NCBI GenBank assembly: GCA_028534125.1
Contig: CM052816.1
Coordinates: 94,924,001 to 94,988,000 of the forward strand
Length of the DNA stretch: 64,000 bases
Reading direction: 5' to 3'
From: Lama glama
Taxonomy: Eukaryota
Shown: positions 13,229-26,097 of the stretch, in pieces
Layout of the letters: each line of letters begins with the position of its first letter
How positions within the stretch are numbered: the first letter of the stretch is position 1
Notes under the pieces: model-generated
The model's input: the letters and a program-made list of their open reading frames with translations, nothing else
What the model was told of the DNA's origin: nothing
The model's database searches: none
Made by a program: the position numbers and the translations under genes

Positions 13229-14038
13229 GTAGATGATAGAGCATTTCTCGAACCTGCAGATTTATTCCCCAGTAGTCATTTGTTAAACTAGAGGCATGGA
13301 TGTGCCCCCAGGGAGGACGAACAGCAGGATGAGAAAGAAGTTTATTCTCCCAAGTCTTTGATGTAAGAAAAATCAGTTTGAGCTGATTTAAAAATCGTTC
13401 TGACTTATGCCATAACATTTTCCTTCCAGTGAGAGACTTTTCTCTGTCTCATGCATCGTCCTGTGCTTACCTGCTTTCATGTCGGTTCTTTTTTGATGCC
13501 GAGAGGACGCTTGAAATAGAAAATCAAGTTGACTCAAAGCCTGTGGGATTAGCAGCCCATGAAACCTTGAAAAGCTGACAAGGTCTGGAACGGCAAAGGC
13601 TCCAGAAATATACCTTGAAAACTGGTTTTTCTGGTTGATTTTCATGCCCCCAGGAGTCAAGTCAAAGACATCTGCTGCCTTTTACCAAATTCCAGTTGTA
13701 GGTGGGAGCAGTGCAGGATCTGTACCCTGGCAGCCCCCACCCCCTTCCAGTCCCAACCCAGGACAAGAGAGAAATGGTACATTCTGCTATGAGTCTCTGA
13801 TGGCTTCCAGTCTTGTTTCCTTCATCTGTAAAATGGAACAATGTCCCCTGCCTTGAGTGGTGGCTGTTTGCACAGTTGGTCACTGAAAAATGATAGCCAA
13901 GTTGGTGTGCTTTTAAAAATAAAACTTAGTTCAGTTCAGTTTTTTTTTCCACCATTATGTTATCCTTTTTGAAAGTTAGGTGTTTTTTTTTCTTCTTCCT
14001 TCAGTTCCTCAAATCCAGAGCAAAAATCAAAAGGTTGA

Positions 14039-14120
14039 TGCATTGGACTGAATGTTTGTTTCCCCCAAAATTCATATGTTGAGAGCTAATCTCCAATTTG
14101 GCAGTGGGGTCTTTGGGAGG
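14039..14120 (+). mobile_element. MLT1A-like LTR 5' fragment
   Basis: tggactgaatgtttgtttcccccaaaattcatatgttga. Confidence 0.75.
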
Positions 14121-14321
14121 AAATAGGAGCACAGAGAGATTTAGTACTTTGGCCAAGGTCACACAGCTCATTAAATGGCGGAGCCAGGACTCCATCACGG
14201 ACGGATTAGCTCCAGGTCACAAGCCCTGGCCCTCCCAGTGGTACTGCCTCCCCTACTGTTAACGATGTGTCCTCGTAAAGCACTTACTGTGTGCCGGGCA
14301 CTCTGCTTTGTATGTACACAG

Positions 14322-14810
14322 TGGGTTAGTTTCCATAGCCACAGACATGGTGACTTAAAAGCACAGATTTATTATCTTACCGTTTTGGAGATCGGGAGTC
14401 CAAAATGGGTCTTGCTGGGCTAAAATCTGTGTGTGGACAGAGCTGCATCCCTTCTGCAGGCTCGTAGGAAGCATCTGTTTCCTTGTCTTTTACAACTTCT
14501 AGAAGGCCGCCCACATTCCGTGGCTCATGGCCCCTTCTTCCATCTCTAAAGCCAGCAATGGCAGGTCGTGTCCTTCCCACACTGTTTCACCCTAACTCTT
14601 CTGCCTCCCCCTTTTGCTTATAGGACCCTCATGATTACATGGGCCCATCTGGATCTCCGTCCAGTCCACTGGGCCCGACTGTGTGGTCCCCTCCCAGCCG
14701 TGCCATCTGAAGGTCAACTCTCCCCCACCACATAACCTAATGCATTCACAGGTTCCGGAGATTAAGATGTGAACGTCTTTGGGGTGGGGAGCTTTATTCT
14801 GCCCACCGCA
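14322..14810 (-). mobile_element. MaLR solo LTR (MLT1C/D-like) nested in a MIR
   Basis: Colinear with 1932-2500, ends tattctgcccaccgca; MIR-like pieces at ~14255-14320 and ~14812-14990. Confidence 0.85.
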
Positions 14811-15514
14811 CATGAACACTTTAAATCCCCTAAACCACACAGCATCGTAAGACGTGAGCACTGTTAGGGTCACCTTACAGAGGGCGTTACTCAGGCACAG
14901 AGACATCGGGAGCGCCGTCCGAGTCACACAGCGGCAGTCAGAGGCCTGAGGCTCCACAGGCGTGCAGCTGTATGACGTGTGTCCTTAACCACCCTTCAGC
15001 CCCCACGCGAAGGAAACGGGAGCGCCAGCCGTGGCAAGGAGCATCCGCAGCGTCCCTGGTGGCCACGGACGCTGGCTTGCCTGGGACAGCCCGGTTTGCC
15101 GCCCTTGCCCCGTTTTACTCCCAGAAAGTGCCCTGGCAGACAGTCAGCGTTAGTGTCGCCCTCCCCGAGCTGACGGAAGTCCCGTTATCTGTACTTTTGG
15201 TGATGTTGAGCCCTCATCCCCAGGCGGCAGTGGTCCGGGAGTGGGCCGCCTCCAGGGCCTCCTGTGGTTGTGGGTTCTCCCTCACTCACAAGTGAACTTC
15301 AGTCAACAGTGACAGCTGTTCATAAAAGTAACTATTGTTCATAAGTAGTTTCTTTGAGGGGAAGATAAGGTCTCAGGACTTTTCCAAGCGTCTCTAAACT
15401 CTTTCCACCGCAGCTGTCAAGGGAGACTTCTTTAGGGGCCCCGGCTAAATGCATCCAAAGAAAAACGTGTGCGTGAAGATTGATTGCTTTTCCGGGTGGA
15501 GGAGTGCTGGCTAG

Positions 15515-15922
<408 letters not shown>

Positions 15923-16176
15923 TGATTCCCCTCTGGTTCTACAGCCAAACCAAGATAGGAAATTTCAGAAGGAAAGAGCCACTAGCGCCGCCGGCAGGCT
16001 CTCGGGTGCCAGCTCACAGTCAAGTCAGACGCAGGTGCTGATTCTTTGTGTTGACTCACATTTATTGAGGTTCCGGTGGGGAGCAAGCGGGTGCCTTGCA
16101 GGTGGTACAAAGGCACAGAATAGGTGCGGCCTGAGAGGGGAAACGGAGGAGAGAGGCACAGAAACCCAACACGTAT

Positions 16177-16464
16177 ATTTTTTTCCTGTCGAGTCAGTTT
16201 ACAATGTTGTGTCAGTTTCTGGTGTACAGCATCGTGTTTCAGCCGTACTTGGATGCACGTGTATTCCTTGTCACTGTAGGTTACTGCAAGATACTGAGTG
16301 AAGTTCCCTGGGCTCCACAGTAGGGCCTTGATTGTTCATCTGTTTTGTATGAAGTAGTTAGTATCTGCAAATCTCAAACTCCCAGTTGATCCCTTCCCAC
16401 CCCTTCCCCCCGGTAACCATACATCTGTTTTCCATGTCTGTGAGCCTGTTTCTGTTTTGTAAAT
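16177..16464 (-). mobile_element. 5'-truncated L1 3' end
   Basis: Homologous to 10031-10339; TSD AACACGTAT at 16168 and 16465. Confidence 0.9.
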
Positions 16465-17946
16465 AACACGTATTTTATAGCTCGTTTTGGAACTTGTGGA
16501 TATGCGACCTTGCACTTCTTGTTGGAAAACGGGGGTAGCAGTCTGAGAATTCCCAGCCCTTCCAACAGAATGACGTTAGATGCTTGGCTCTGGGGGACAG
16601 TTCGATGAATTCAGAAAGCTGTCCCGCCGGAGAGGCCTGTTCACGATGCAGCGGCCTTTACCTCAAGCAGCTGTAAGTAGGTGGCCCTGCAGTGAAGGCC
16701 CCGAAGCTGCGGCTCAGCCTTGGCAGAATCAGAGCAGCCTCCACCCCTCTCCCTGGGAGGCTCTGGGAGGCGGAACCGCTCACCCATCAGGCCCCCAGGT
16801 AAGGGAGTAAAGCGAAAAAGCACCCGCCCTGCCGCTGCCAGGAATCCCCGCTCCTGAGGTCTCCCCATCTTCTCTGGGCACGGTGGTTCTCCCGCCAGCC
16901 TTGCCCTGGTCACTGTGGCCATATGTCCAGCTTTCCTCTGGCCGCTGTGGTCGTATGTCCAACTGCTGAGGGCCGCACAGACCCCAGATCCGACTGTCAT
17001 CGGAGCGGACGACTGAGAAAGCAGGACGGAGTTCCCAGCGCTCTGTCTTGCCAGGTTTTTAAGTCAAAATTCAATCTGTTTAGGTTACAGAGCACTTGTT
17101 TTCTAAACTATTTTAGAAATAGCTTTACTTTGAGGGAGGGTTAAAGGAACTATTTTATTTAGGGTAAGGATTTATGGGAATGTGTCTTTAAGTATAATTC
17201 CTGCATTATACATTATAATTAAGTATAATTCCTGCGTTTGACCTAAACACACCACGGGTAGCATATTTGTGGGTTCCGGTTCTTGAGCTGTAGATGGTCC
17301 CTGAGGGCTGCTCCAGGTCTCTCTCCAGCCTCTGGGTCTGTGTATTCCAGCTTAAACACGCCCAGAATTTAGGAGATACCGGCTTGGTGTCTCTTGGACG
17401 GTGACCTTCCACTCTGAGAAGTGAATCCCCAGCCCTGCTCTGTCTCTTGGTCAAGGCGCAGTGCTCCATGTTTTCCGTCTCTCCCTGCATCGCAGGAACC
17501 TTTTCGGAGGACTGAGCCATGGTGCTTAATTCAGCCACTTAGAAGCCTCCCACCGGGGAAGGCCTCGGTCAGCCAGCAGCTCCTCTGTGCCAGGCGTTGG
17601 ACCACCTCAGTGCTCCCACCCTAAGTTCAGGACCTTAGGGGCGCCAGACTATTGTGGGTATCAGTATCAAACAAATGAAAGATGCCTAACAGAGGTACAT
17701 GGGTTCTTCTCATGGTCTCCTTTGGCAGTGCTTATACCATGGGGCCCAGTCCCTGCACCGCTTCATCCTGGAAGGTGAGCCAGCGCACTGAGGTGGAAGG
17801 AAGACGGGCCTGAGGGTGGGAACATGGTGCCTAGTGATCATCATCCGAGTCTCCCCTGCCACCTGAGGACTCAGAGCCTCCGTGATGGGCCCAGGCAGCT
17901 TTGGAAGGCAGATTCATGAAATTCCATTCATACAAATTAGCCTTGG

Positions 17947-18060
17947 CAAAAAAAGAAAGAGAGGGAGAGGTGGAGAGAGAGAAAGAGAGAGAGGGAGAGA
18001 GGGAGGAAGAAGGGAGGGAGGAAGGGAGAAGGAAGGAGAAAGAAAAGAAAAGAAAGGCAA
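17947..18060. repeat. Polypurine (GA) tract
   Basis: ~110 nt almost only G/A. Confidence 0.9.
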
Positions 18061-20419
18061 ACTTGAAACCTAGATGAATACACTCTGATTTCAAGAGTTT
18101 CTCTCCAGTCTATTGCTTGGATCCTGAAACACATCCTTCTGATGGCTCATGTGTCTCACTGGTGTCTCATTTTGTGAGATCTGCCCAGACACCAAATCCT
18201 TTCTCCAACTCTGCCACAGTGAGACCTGGCTTGAAATCTTTTAAATGACAGGTGAGATTAGGATTTGACTGGGTTCAGAGAAGTCACAGATCAGAAGACA
18301 GCATTCATCATATAGCCCTTCTTTCGAGGTGTTAGCTGCCTCCATGAAATGTCACGGTGAGCGATTTCCCACCGTAGAACGCTGTACTTCAAATCAAATT
18401 TGATGACATCAATGAACTCTTTTTCTAAGTCGAGTAAGGTAAAGTGATAAATAAAATTTTATGATTTTTCACCAAAAGCCTCAATGAAACTTTATGTGAT
18501 TTGTTTGCCCCATTTCTTTCTTATTTATTTATTTCTCTTTTATGAGAGAAAAAGAAGAATTTCTTTAAGAAAGTTTTGCTGAAACTACCCTCAGTTAAAA
18601 TCCTATGGAACTTTGTTGTTTATAAAGAAGCTTCAGAGTTATTTCAGCCAAATGATAGTTTTTTTAAAAGGGTTTCAAGCTGTGCTCTAACATAGTACGA
18701 AACTATTTTGAAGTGCCAGGGAATTCAGTGTCAAGCTTAATGAAGCCGTAAACAGAGGAGTTCTAGGTTTACAGCCATGAAAATGGTCAGGTACCATCCA
18801 TCTCCTGGTTATCTTTACTGCTTGTAAAGTCAGGTTTTTAAAGAATGGGTGGTGATGAGGGAAAGTGTATGATACTGAGTGTGGTGAAGAAAGAAATATA
18901 AAAACAGGCCTGTATGTAGACGTAGGCATGATCAAAGACAGGAGACAGTGACTGATGCTTCGTGTACTTGTCTATTTACACACTTCCTACAATGTGCATT
19001 GCATTTGTAATCTTTTCAAGTATTATTCAAAAAAATAATGTTCAAAAAGCTACTAACTGACCAAGTCAGTGTTTGTTTAGACACGTGGATACATTTTCTT
19101 CTCTTAAATTTGAGATGCCTCAGAGACAGGCATGAGACGCTATGTAACATGAAAAGTTACCTAATCCTCAATGGATGCTTCCCAGGACAGAGGAGCCAGA
19201 GATTTTACCAGGAATCAAAAGTCATAAAAATCATAATTGGTTTAATGATTGCACTTGCTGCAATCCAGAAATTTATGTTGACTTCCACCTTCGGCATTGG
19301 TATTCCGTGCCTGAGGAAAATACTGTAACACTCTGCAAGTCCGGTTTCGTTATAATAAAAATCTTAAAACCTTTTTCTTTTAAATCCTTCATAGGGATAA
19401 TTCAAGAAAATATATGATACAAAGATATACTTCATTCGTACTCTTATTTCACGAAATGATTGCTATTGAAAGGTACTGGAACCATCAGGCTGTAAACGCC
19501 TGTGTGTGGATGGATCGGGCGCTGCTATGCATCATGCTCTGGTCTAAAAGGACTTTGTAGATTCATTAATTGCTGATTTGGTGCTCAGTGCCTACTGCTG
19601 AATTATAAGAAATTACTGGTTTCTCTGGCTCTTTCAAGCAGAACCTCCCCCAGAGCAGTCTGCATGTCTTGCCAAGAGGCTCATCTCACCCAGCAGGTCC
19701 TCACTGCGCTCCCATCCCGCCCCCCACAGGGCTTTGGGCCAGCAGCCTGGCGCAGCACGGCAGCGGTGGCAATCTGAAGGGCGAGGTCCAGGGAAACAGA
19801 AGTAGATAAATTTGATTGATTTACTTTTCCACCTTCTGTAGAAATACGCATCTTTGCTGGTTTGTTTTTCGATTTGGGATATGGCCAAGATTCCTGCGAG
19901 GGTGTCCTGGGATCCGTGGTGCTTAAACGTGGATGTGAAGTGGCAGGATACCACTGGCTGCTGACCAAAGCAGACCTGGGCCTTCAGTACCTACTCTGTG
20001 GGAACCTGACTGTGTACAGAGAAGCCCACAGAGAAAAATGGAGCTAAAACCAGCAGGATCCCCTAGAATGCAGAATCTCTCTTCTGCTTGAATATCCCCG
20101 TGAATGTTTTCATTCAAGCATGGATAGACACGTATCCACGTGGGTGAGGACGTAAACCTATCCAAATTCAAAGATGATTCTGGTCTGCATTTTTATATGG
20201 TAGGCTTTCTCTCTCCTGGGCTCAATTTAAGAGCAAGTATTACTACTCTTTTCTAGACTGTTGATGTCAAATGCACAGGTTAGTGGGAAGTCTCACTTAG
20301 GGAAACAGCGTGGCATTTTACCCACGAAACCAACAGTAATGGGCTTTCAGGCTCCTGTTTCTTCCGTGAGGATGGACATGTCTTAGCGGACGTGCCAGGC
20401 CCTCTCCCTGGCCCATCCC

Positions 20420-20760
20420 AGCGTCCCGTAGGCCAGCCCTGGACTTTGCCTCGAGCTACTCCTCCGCCCGGCCTTCTCCTCCTCTCCTTCCACTACTAGG
20501 AGAATCCCCTTCAGAGCCAAGTAAAACATCACCTCCGCCCTTCCGAGATTCCCCCCGAGTAGAAAGTTAGTCCCTCTCTAATCTACGTCCGCATGATTTT
20601 ATTTAAACTTCTCCTCTAGCGTCTGTCACATCAGGAGTTTTCACATCAATTGCTCTCCCGTGAGAGAGAATTTACTAAGAAGGACTGTGTGGGTCTTCTT
20701 TCTGTCTTTGATGTCTAGCCCAGCGCCCGGCACCAGCTGTGCTGAGTGGTGGCCAGTCTA
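20420..20760 (+). mobile_element. L2 3' fragment
   Basis: aaacatcacctcc, gtctagcccagcgcccggcac resemble L2 3' end. Confidence 0.5.
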
Positions 20761-21455
20761 TGGTCCACAGGGGCCTCTAGCTCTTGCTGGGGGGTAGTTT
20801 CCAGTAAGTGTTCAGAGCTGTGACTGGTCCCAGCCTCAGCCACTTTCTTCTTGGTGACGCTTTGCCTTCAAAGGCCACCCTGAGCCAAGAATCCTCCATG
20901 GTCCTTCTCTTTCCATTTATGGTTCAAGCTGCTCTCTGGCTTCTCAGCGGCAGTGCTGCGTTTTATTACATCCTGAGTCTGCTATCGCCGCCAAACCTGG
21001 TGCACATTCTGTATCACGATAATCATCTGCGAGCTTGCAATTCATGTGAACAAGGGTGTATGTGTGTATCTCAAAGTATCCCTGGAGAAGCAGTGCTTTG
21101 ATCATGCCAGACTGAAAAATGCTTTGTTCTGAAGGGGTTAGCATACAACATACAGAAATGGGATTAGATGCCATGAAATCCCATCCCCCAAAATTTCCCT
21201 TGGGTTTTCAGGGTTTTGTATTGAGTGTCACCTCTAGAGGAGCCTCACACGTTGCCCACTGTGTCACGTGGTTGCTGTTGGCACGGGCGTGAGACTCTGA
21301 GACTAAATAACAATCAAAATCCCAGGGCACAAAAATGAATTTGATTGCTAGTTTAAATCAGTGCGTTGGAGATTTGAATTTTAAACTTACTTAAATTTTA
21401 AATGTTTCTCCTAATTTGAGACAAAAGAGATGTTAATTATAAATATATATATTTT

Positions 21456-21458
<3 letters not shown>

Positions 21459-21492
<34 letters not shown>
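21459..21492. repeat. (AC)17 microsatellite
   Basis: Direct read. Confidence 0.97.
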
Positions 21493-21495
<3 letters not shown>

Positions 21496-22399
21496 ACGTG
21501 TAAATAATGTGAGTAAAACAGCAGTAAGCTACAGGAAGACAGTAACACCCTCCCCTCCGCCACCTTCCCTATGGACGGACTGCATAACCATTTACAGCTG
21601 GGTCTGATTCCTTCCAGCGCCCTTTCTCTGTATTTAAGCAGAGCTTTGTTTAACTTTTCAAAATACACTTACACTGCATGGGTTAGAGCATGAGTTAGGG
21701 CCCATATCAAATAGCCAAGTTGGTAGCGAGTAGATAAGTGTATTTCCCATTAATCTGAAAGTCGGTGCCACTGGCGGCCCTGGTCTGAAGTGTCCCCCGA
21801 GGCTCCTTAGATCCACGCTCTCGTCTTTAAGATGCTGCCGTCCTCCTCATGGGACAAAGACGGCTCTTCACATCCGCAGCCCAGGAGCAGAAATGGAGCA
21901 GAGCGTGGAGGGGAGTCCCCTTTCCTGTAGGATGCCCTTGAACGCTGCATCCATCACTTGCTCACACACCCCCAGTGTGTACGGGACACGTTGGCAGCTG
22001 AGCTGCACGGGGCACTGGGAAATGCAGTGCCTTTGTTGGACAACCATGACCCTCGGTGAACCTTGGGCATTCTCTTCGCCAAAGGGAAAGGGGTACAGTG
22101 GCTTATGAAGGGGGTGCAGTAGGAGCTCCCCACCCCTGTGAGGAGGGATATTTTATCACTGGAATTGTTTAGAACTATCTATCCATAGTAATAAAAAAAA
22201 GACCAACTTTTATTCACTTCACTGCTTGCAAATTCTTTGCAGACTGGGCAGCCCCTGAGGACCTGCAGCCAGGTGACTGTGCAGCACTGAAGGGAAGCCC
22301 AGGTGTGGGCGCAGACACCCCTTGGCCTCACTCTGCATGCTGCTGTAGACCGTGTATCACTTGGCTCTGCGCGACTGCTTTCCTTGCCAGTAAATAGTC

Positions 22400-22640
22400 A
22401 TTGACACCAGGATGCAGAAGGGCCACCAAGAATTCCATCATAGGAGATCCTCTGTGTTGTGTGAACCAGTCCCCGATTATCAGAAAATTAGGTTGCTTCC
22501 AAAGTTTAACTAAATCGCAATAAACATCTGTATGGCTAAATCTCACCCACGTCCTTAATCACTTCCCAAGGATAAATTCTTTAAAGTAAAATATCAAGAC
22601 CAACGAATACTTTTAAGGCTTTGGCGACAGAAGCCAGCGT
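22400..22640 (-). mobile_element. Old L1 (L1ME-like) fragment
   Basis: aaccagtcccc...ttaggttgcttcca...gcaataaacatc. Confidence 0.55.
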
Positions 22641-23250
22641 TTGTCTTAATCAGTCTGGGCGCCGGCGACAGTGAGAGCACATGTTGATTTGGTTTATTAT
22701 CACTTGATGGATCTGCCCTTTGGGACATTCTTGCTGCTTTTAAATCCTCATTTCCTAATATCACAGGTTGTTTTTCTTTCTTCCAGGCAGTTTTCATTTT
22801 CTCATTAGTAACCGTACTTTCTCTCTGGCTGCTCAGTACCATCTCCTTTCTAACCATCTGCTTGTTTCAGCTGTGGCTCATCCCTCATGGCGGGCGCAGT
22901 ATTGTCTCGGTCTGATCTCACCTCACCATATGCCAGGAGCCTGGTGACTTAAGACATGATATTTCACGTCCTCAAAGCCACAGATCACACGTGCCCGCGA
23001 AGATCGCAGCTGCACGTTTTTGTGCGGTGGCTCTCCTCTGCCACGCCCCATGAAAGAGCATCTTCTGCCTCTTCCCCACCTCCCACCTAAAACACATACC
23101 AGCACCTAGAAATGCTGTTCTTCTACGTTCAGTGAGTTTACAGGCTTCAAAACTCTTATTTTTGGTGTCCCATTTAGTTGGTGTTTACATTTTAGCATTC
23201 AGTCCTTCACGCCATCTGTCAGTGATACCCTGTGTCTTACAGGACTAGAC

Positions 23251-23473
23251 CAGGATTTCTCGACCTCGGCACTGTTGACATTTTGAGCTGGGTAAGTTCC
23301 TGTTGTGGGGGGCTGTCCTGTGCACTGTGGGAAATTTATCAGCATCCCTGGCCTCTACCCAGTAAGACGCCAATCAGTGGCACCCCCTCCCCTGGTTGTG
23401 ACAACCAAAAGTGTGTCCGGACATTGCCAGTTGTCCCCTTGGGGGTTAAAATCGCCCCAGTTGAAAACCACTG
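23251..23473. mobile_element. Near full-length MER20
   Basis: caggatttctcgacctcggcact...ttgaaaaccactg; flanks gactagac/tattagac (6/8 TSD). Confidence 0.92.
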
Positions 23474-25748
23474 TATTAGACTGCCGTTGAGGGATGTATC
23501 ACCAAAGATATAAAGGAGCTATACTATAGGACTACCTGAAGGAGGCTGGCGAGTCAGGGACAGAGCCCCTTTAAAAGGCAGGTCACAGGGCAGGTCAAAA
23601 CCTAGGTTTCCCCAGGCGTAGGTGAGAAGTTAGGAGCAGAAAGGATCCTGCACAAGCGTTAGAGGCGTTCAAGTTGGTTCCATCAGGACGACTTGGGGAA
23701 GGAGCAGGCGAGCCCGGTGATGTGGACCAGCCCCGGGAGCACTGCTCGGAGGGGCACGGCACAGCAGCCTCCTTGTGCCAGTCTCTGGAGCGGGCAGCGT
23801 CCCCAGCCTCCCTCTGGCCTCCTCCTGAGGGACACGTGCCCGCACAGCCAAGGGCTGAGTCCGCAAGGCTACCCCTGAATCGCTTTTGTCCTGTGCCTTG
23901 TTCAGAAAACACCACAGCCGGCTTTTCCTTTAATGCAGCTTTCTAATCTCGCAAGTGCAGAATTCCCCGGGTCTTCTACGAGGAGAGCCTGGAGACGTGC
24001 GTCAGGTGAATGCAGCTCATTGTCCGTCACCTCTGCCTGCTCTCCCCGCGGGCTCAGCCGCCCTCTAGTCAGTCTTCTGAACAGCTCCCTGGGGAATTTA
24101 GCCACCCAGGCTACCCTTTTCTTCAAAATTCCCAAGAATCAACACGAAACTAATTTCTCTTTCGTCTTTTTACAGTTGCTTGTTTTTCTTTTTTAACAGC
24201 CATTATTTCAATTTCCTGCCTCCCCTCCTCTCCTCCCCGCCTCCTCCCCCAGTTAGCTGGAAGTGATAGTGAAGCACCGAAAGGGGAAAACCAGTTCGTA
24301 ACTGCTGTGCAAACCAAGTCACGCCAAAGTGGCCGACAGTGGATGGACTGTGTTTAGGTTGTTGCTTTTTAAAGTACTTAGTACCCACTGCGGCCGAGTT
24401 AAGCCCAGCCCTGCAGGAAGGACCGACGTCTGACAGTTTGCCCTTTCAGGGCTGTCTTCTCTTCTTGCGTTTTGTGATGTGCAGCTTCAGTTGGGAGGCA
24501 GGGGTGGGATGCGAAAATCAGAACGTTCTCCTGTCGCTGCAGATCCACTCCCTTCCTCTTGCAATGTCTCTGGCCTGTTGTCGATTTCACTGAAATTCCT
24601 TAAAAGGCAAAGTTGGCCTGCACTCACGTCGTGACGCTCCTGCTCTCTCATCGGTAGAGAAATCTGGCGGTAGAGATGCACGGCCTGGTGAAGAGGCCTC
24701 TTCTGTTTGTGTTGCAAAGATGGAGCAGTGAAAGCTCTTTTCTGTATGGAGACTGGAACGGGTGTGACACGTGTGAGACGGAGCTGGGTATTTTAGCATG
24801 CCTCCGAAAGTGTAAATCCTTCTTCCGTATAGGTGAGAACGTCTTGTTAGCATCTCCATGGTACCCAGCCCAGTGCCTTGGAAACAGAGACTGGGGCAGT
24901 TGTAAGCTCCATCAGAGGGAGGGGCTGACATTCCCCCCTTAACTCGCCTTGTTCAGGAGGGGCTTTAAGGATGTAGTAATTGGAGTCGTTTTGGGAGCTG
25001 CTGCCCTCGAAGACCCTCACGTGTACACGGTGTCTTTGTCAAGTGTCCGAACACCTTTACTCTCTGGTTTTTGATCTTTCTGATTTTGATCCCAAAGTCA
25101 CACTCTTCTTGTCTAAGAAACAGTGGCTTCTACTATTCCATTCTCAAACCAAGATAGGAATCTTTTAAATAGAATTCAAACCATAAGGAGAAGCAAAAGT
25201 ACTAAAATCAAGTCTAAAGAAAGGCTTTTTTTTTTTTTTGCTTTTTTTAAAAACCCATACATTGAGTCCATTCCCACGGCCATGCGATTTCCTTCCTAAG
25301 CAGACATTTCTTAGCCTGGCCAGTGTGTGTCCTTCCCTGACCATGACCACGTCAAAAAGCATCACCTCCAAATTTCAGCATCCCCTTGGCTTCCAACACG
25401 GGAGCACGTTACTCTCTTCCTTTATAAAAAGACTTGAGTGTTACCTTCTCAGAGAGAGAATACAAGCTTTCAATTCTAACAATTTTAGGAAGTAAATGAT
25501 ACAAACGGTTCCCTAATTTGATTTATTGATATGAGTCACACAGTCATACACTTGAAGCCAGTAAGGAAAAGTGCTGGTAACGGGTTGTTGAGTGTGTCAC
25601 TGCTCAGGATGGCAAATCAGTCTATTGTTACCTAACTGTGCCGCAGACACTGGCCAGCCTGCCCTCAGGAGAGCACCATAGCAGGAAAGCCGTGGCATAG
25701 CCAGAGGGCTTCCTAACCCCGGATGTGCTTAGCGTTCACTGTGATTAC

Positions 25749-26097
25749 CGTCTTGCTCAGCTCGGGCCGCTGAAACAAAATGCCCGAGACCAGGTGCTTA
25801 TGCAACAGGCGTTTATTTCCCACAATTCTGGAGGCTGGAAGTCCAAGGGACCAGCAGAGTTGGTGTCCCTTAACAGCCTCTTTTCTGATTTCCAGATGGC
25901 CATCTTTTTGCTGTGTCTCTACGTGGCAAAAAAAGAAAGCTCCGGTCCCTTCATCCCCTTATAAGGGCACTAATCCCATCAAAGGGCTCCACCCTCATGA
26001 CCTCATCTAAAACCAGTTACCTCCCAAAGGCTTCACCTTTGAATACCATCACAGTAGGGGTTAAGCTCTCACAGGGCAGGCACAAACATTCAATGCA
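25749..26097 (-). mobile_element. MLT1A-like solo LTR
   Basis: tttatttcccacaattctggaggctggaagtccaag; ataagggcactaatcccatc...gggctccaccctcatgacct. Confidence 0.88.

Noticed and set aside
15979..15998. CTCF-like CCTGCCGGCGGCGCTAGTGG (minus)
   Set aside because: Mismatches at core positions; insufficient alone.
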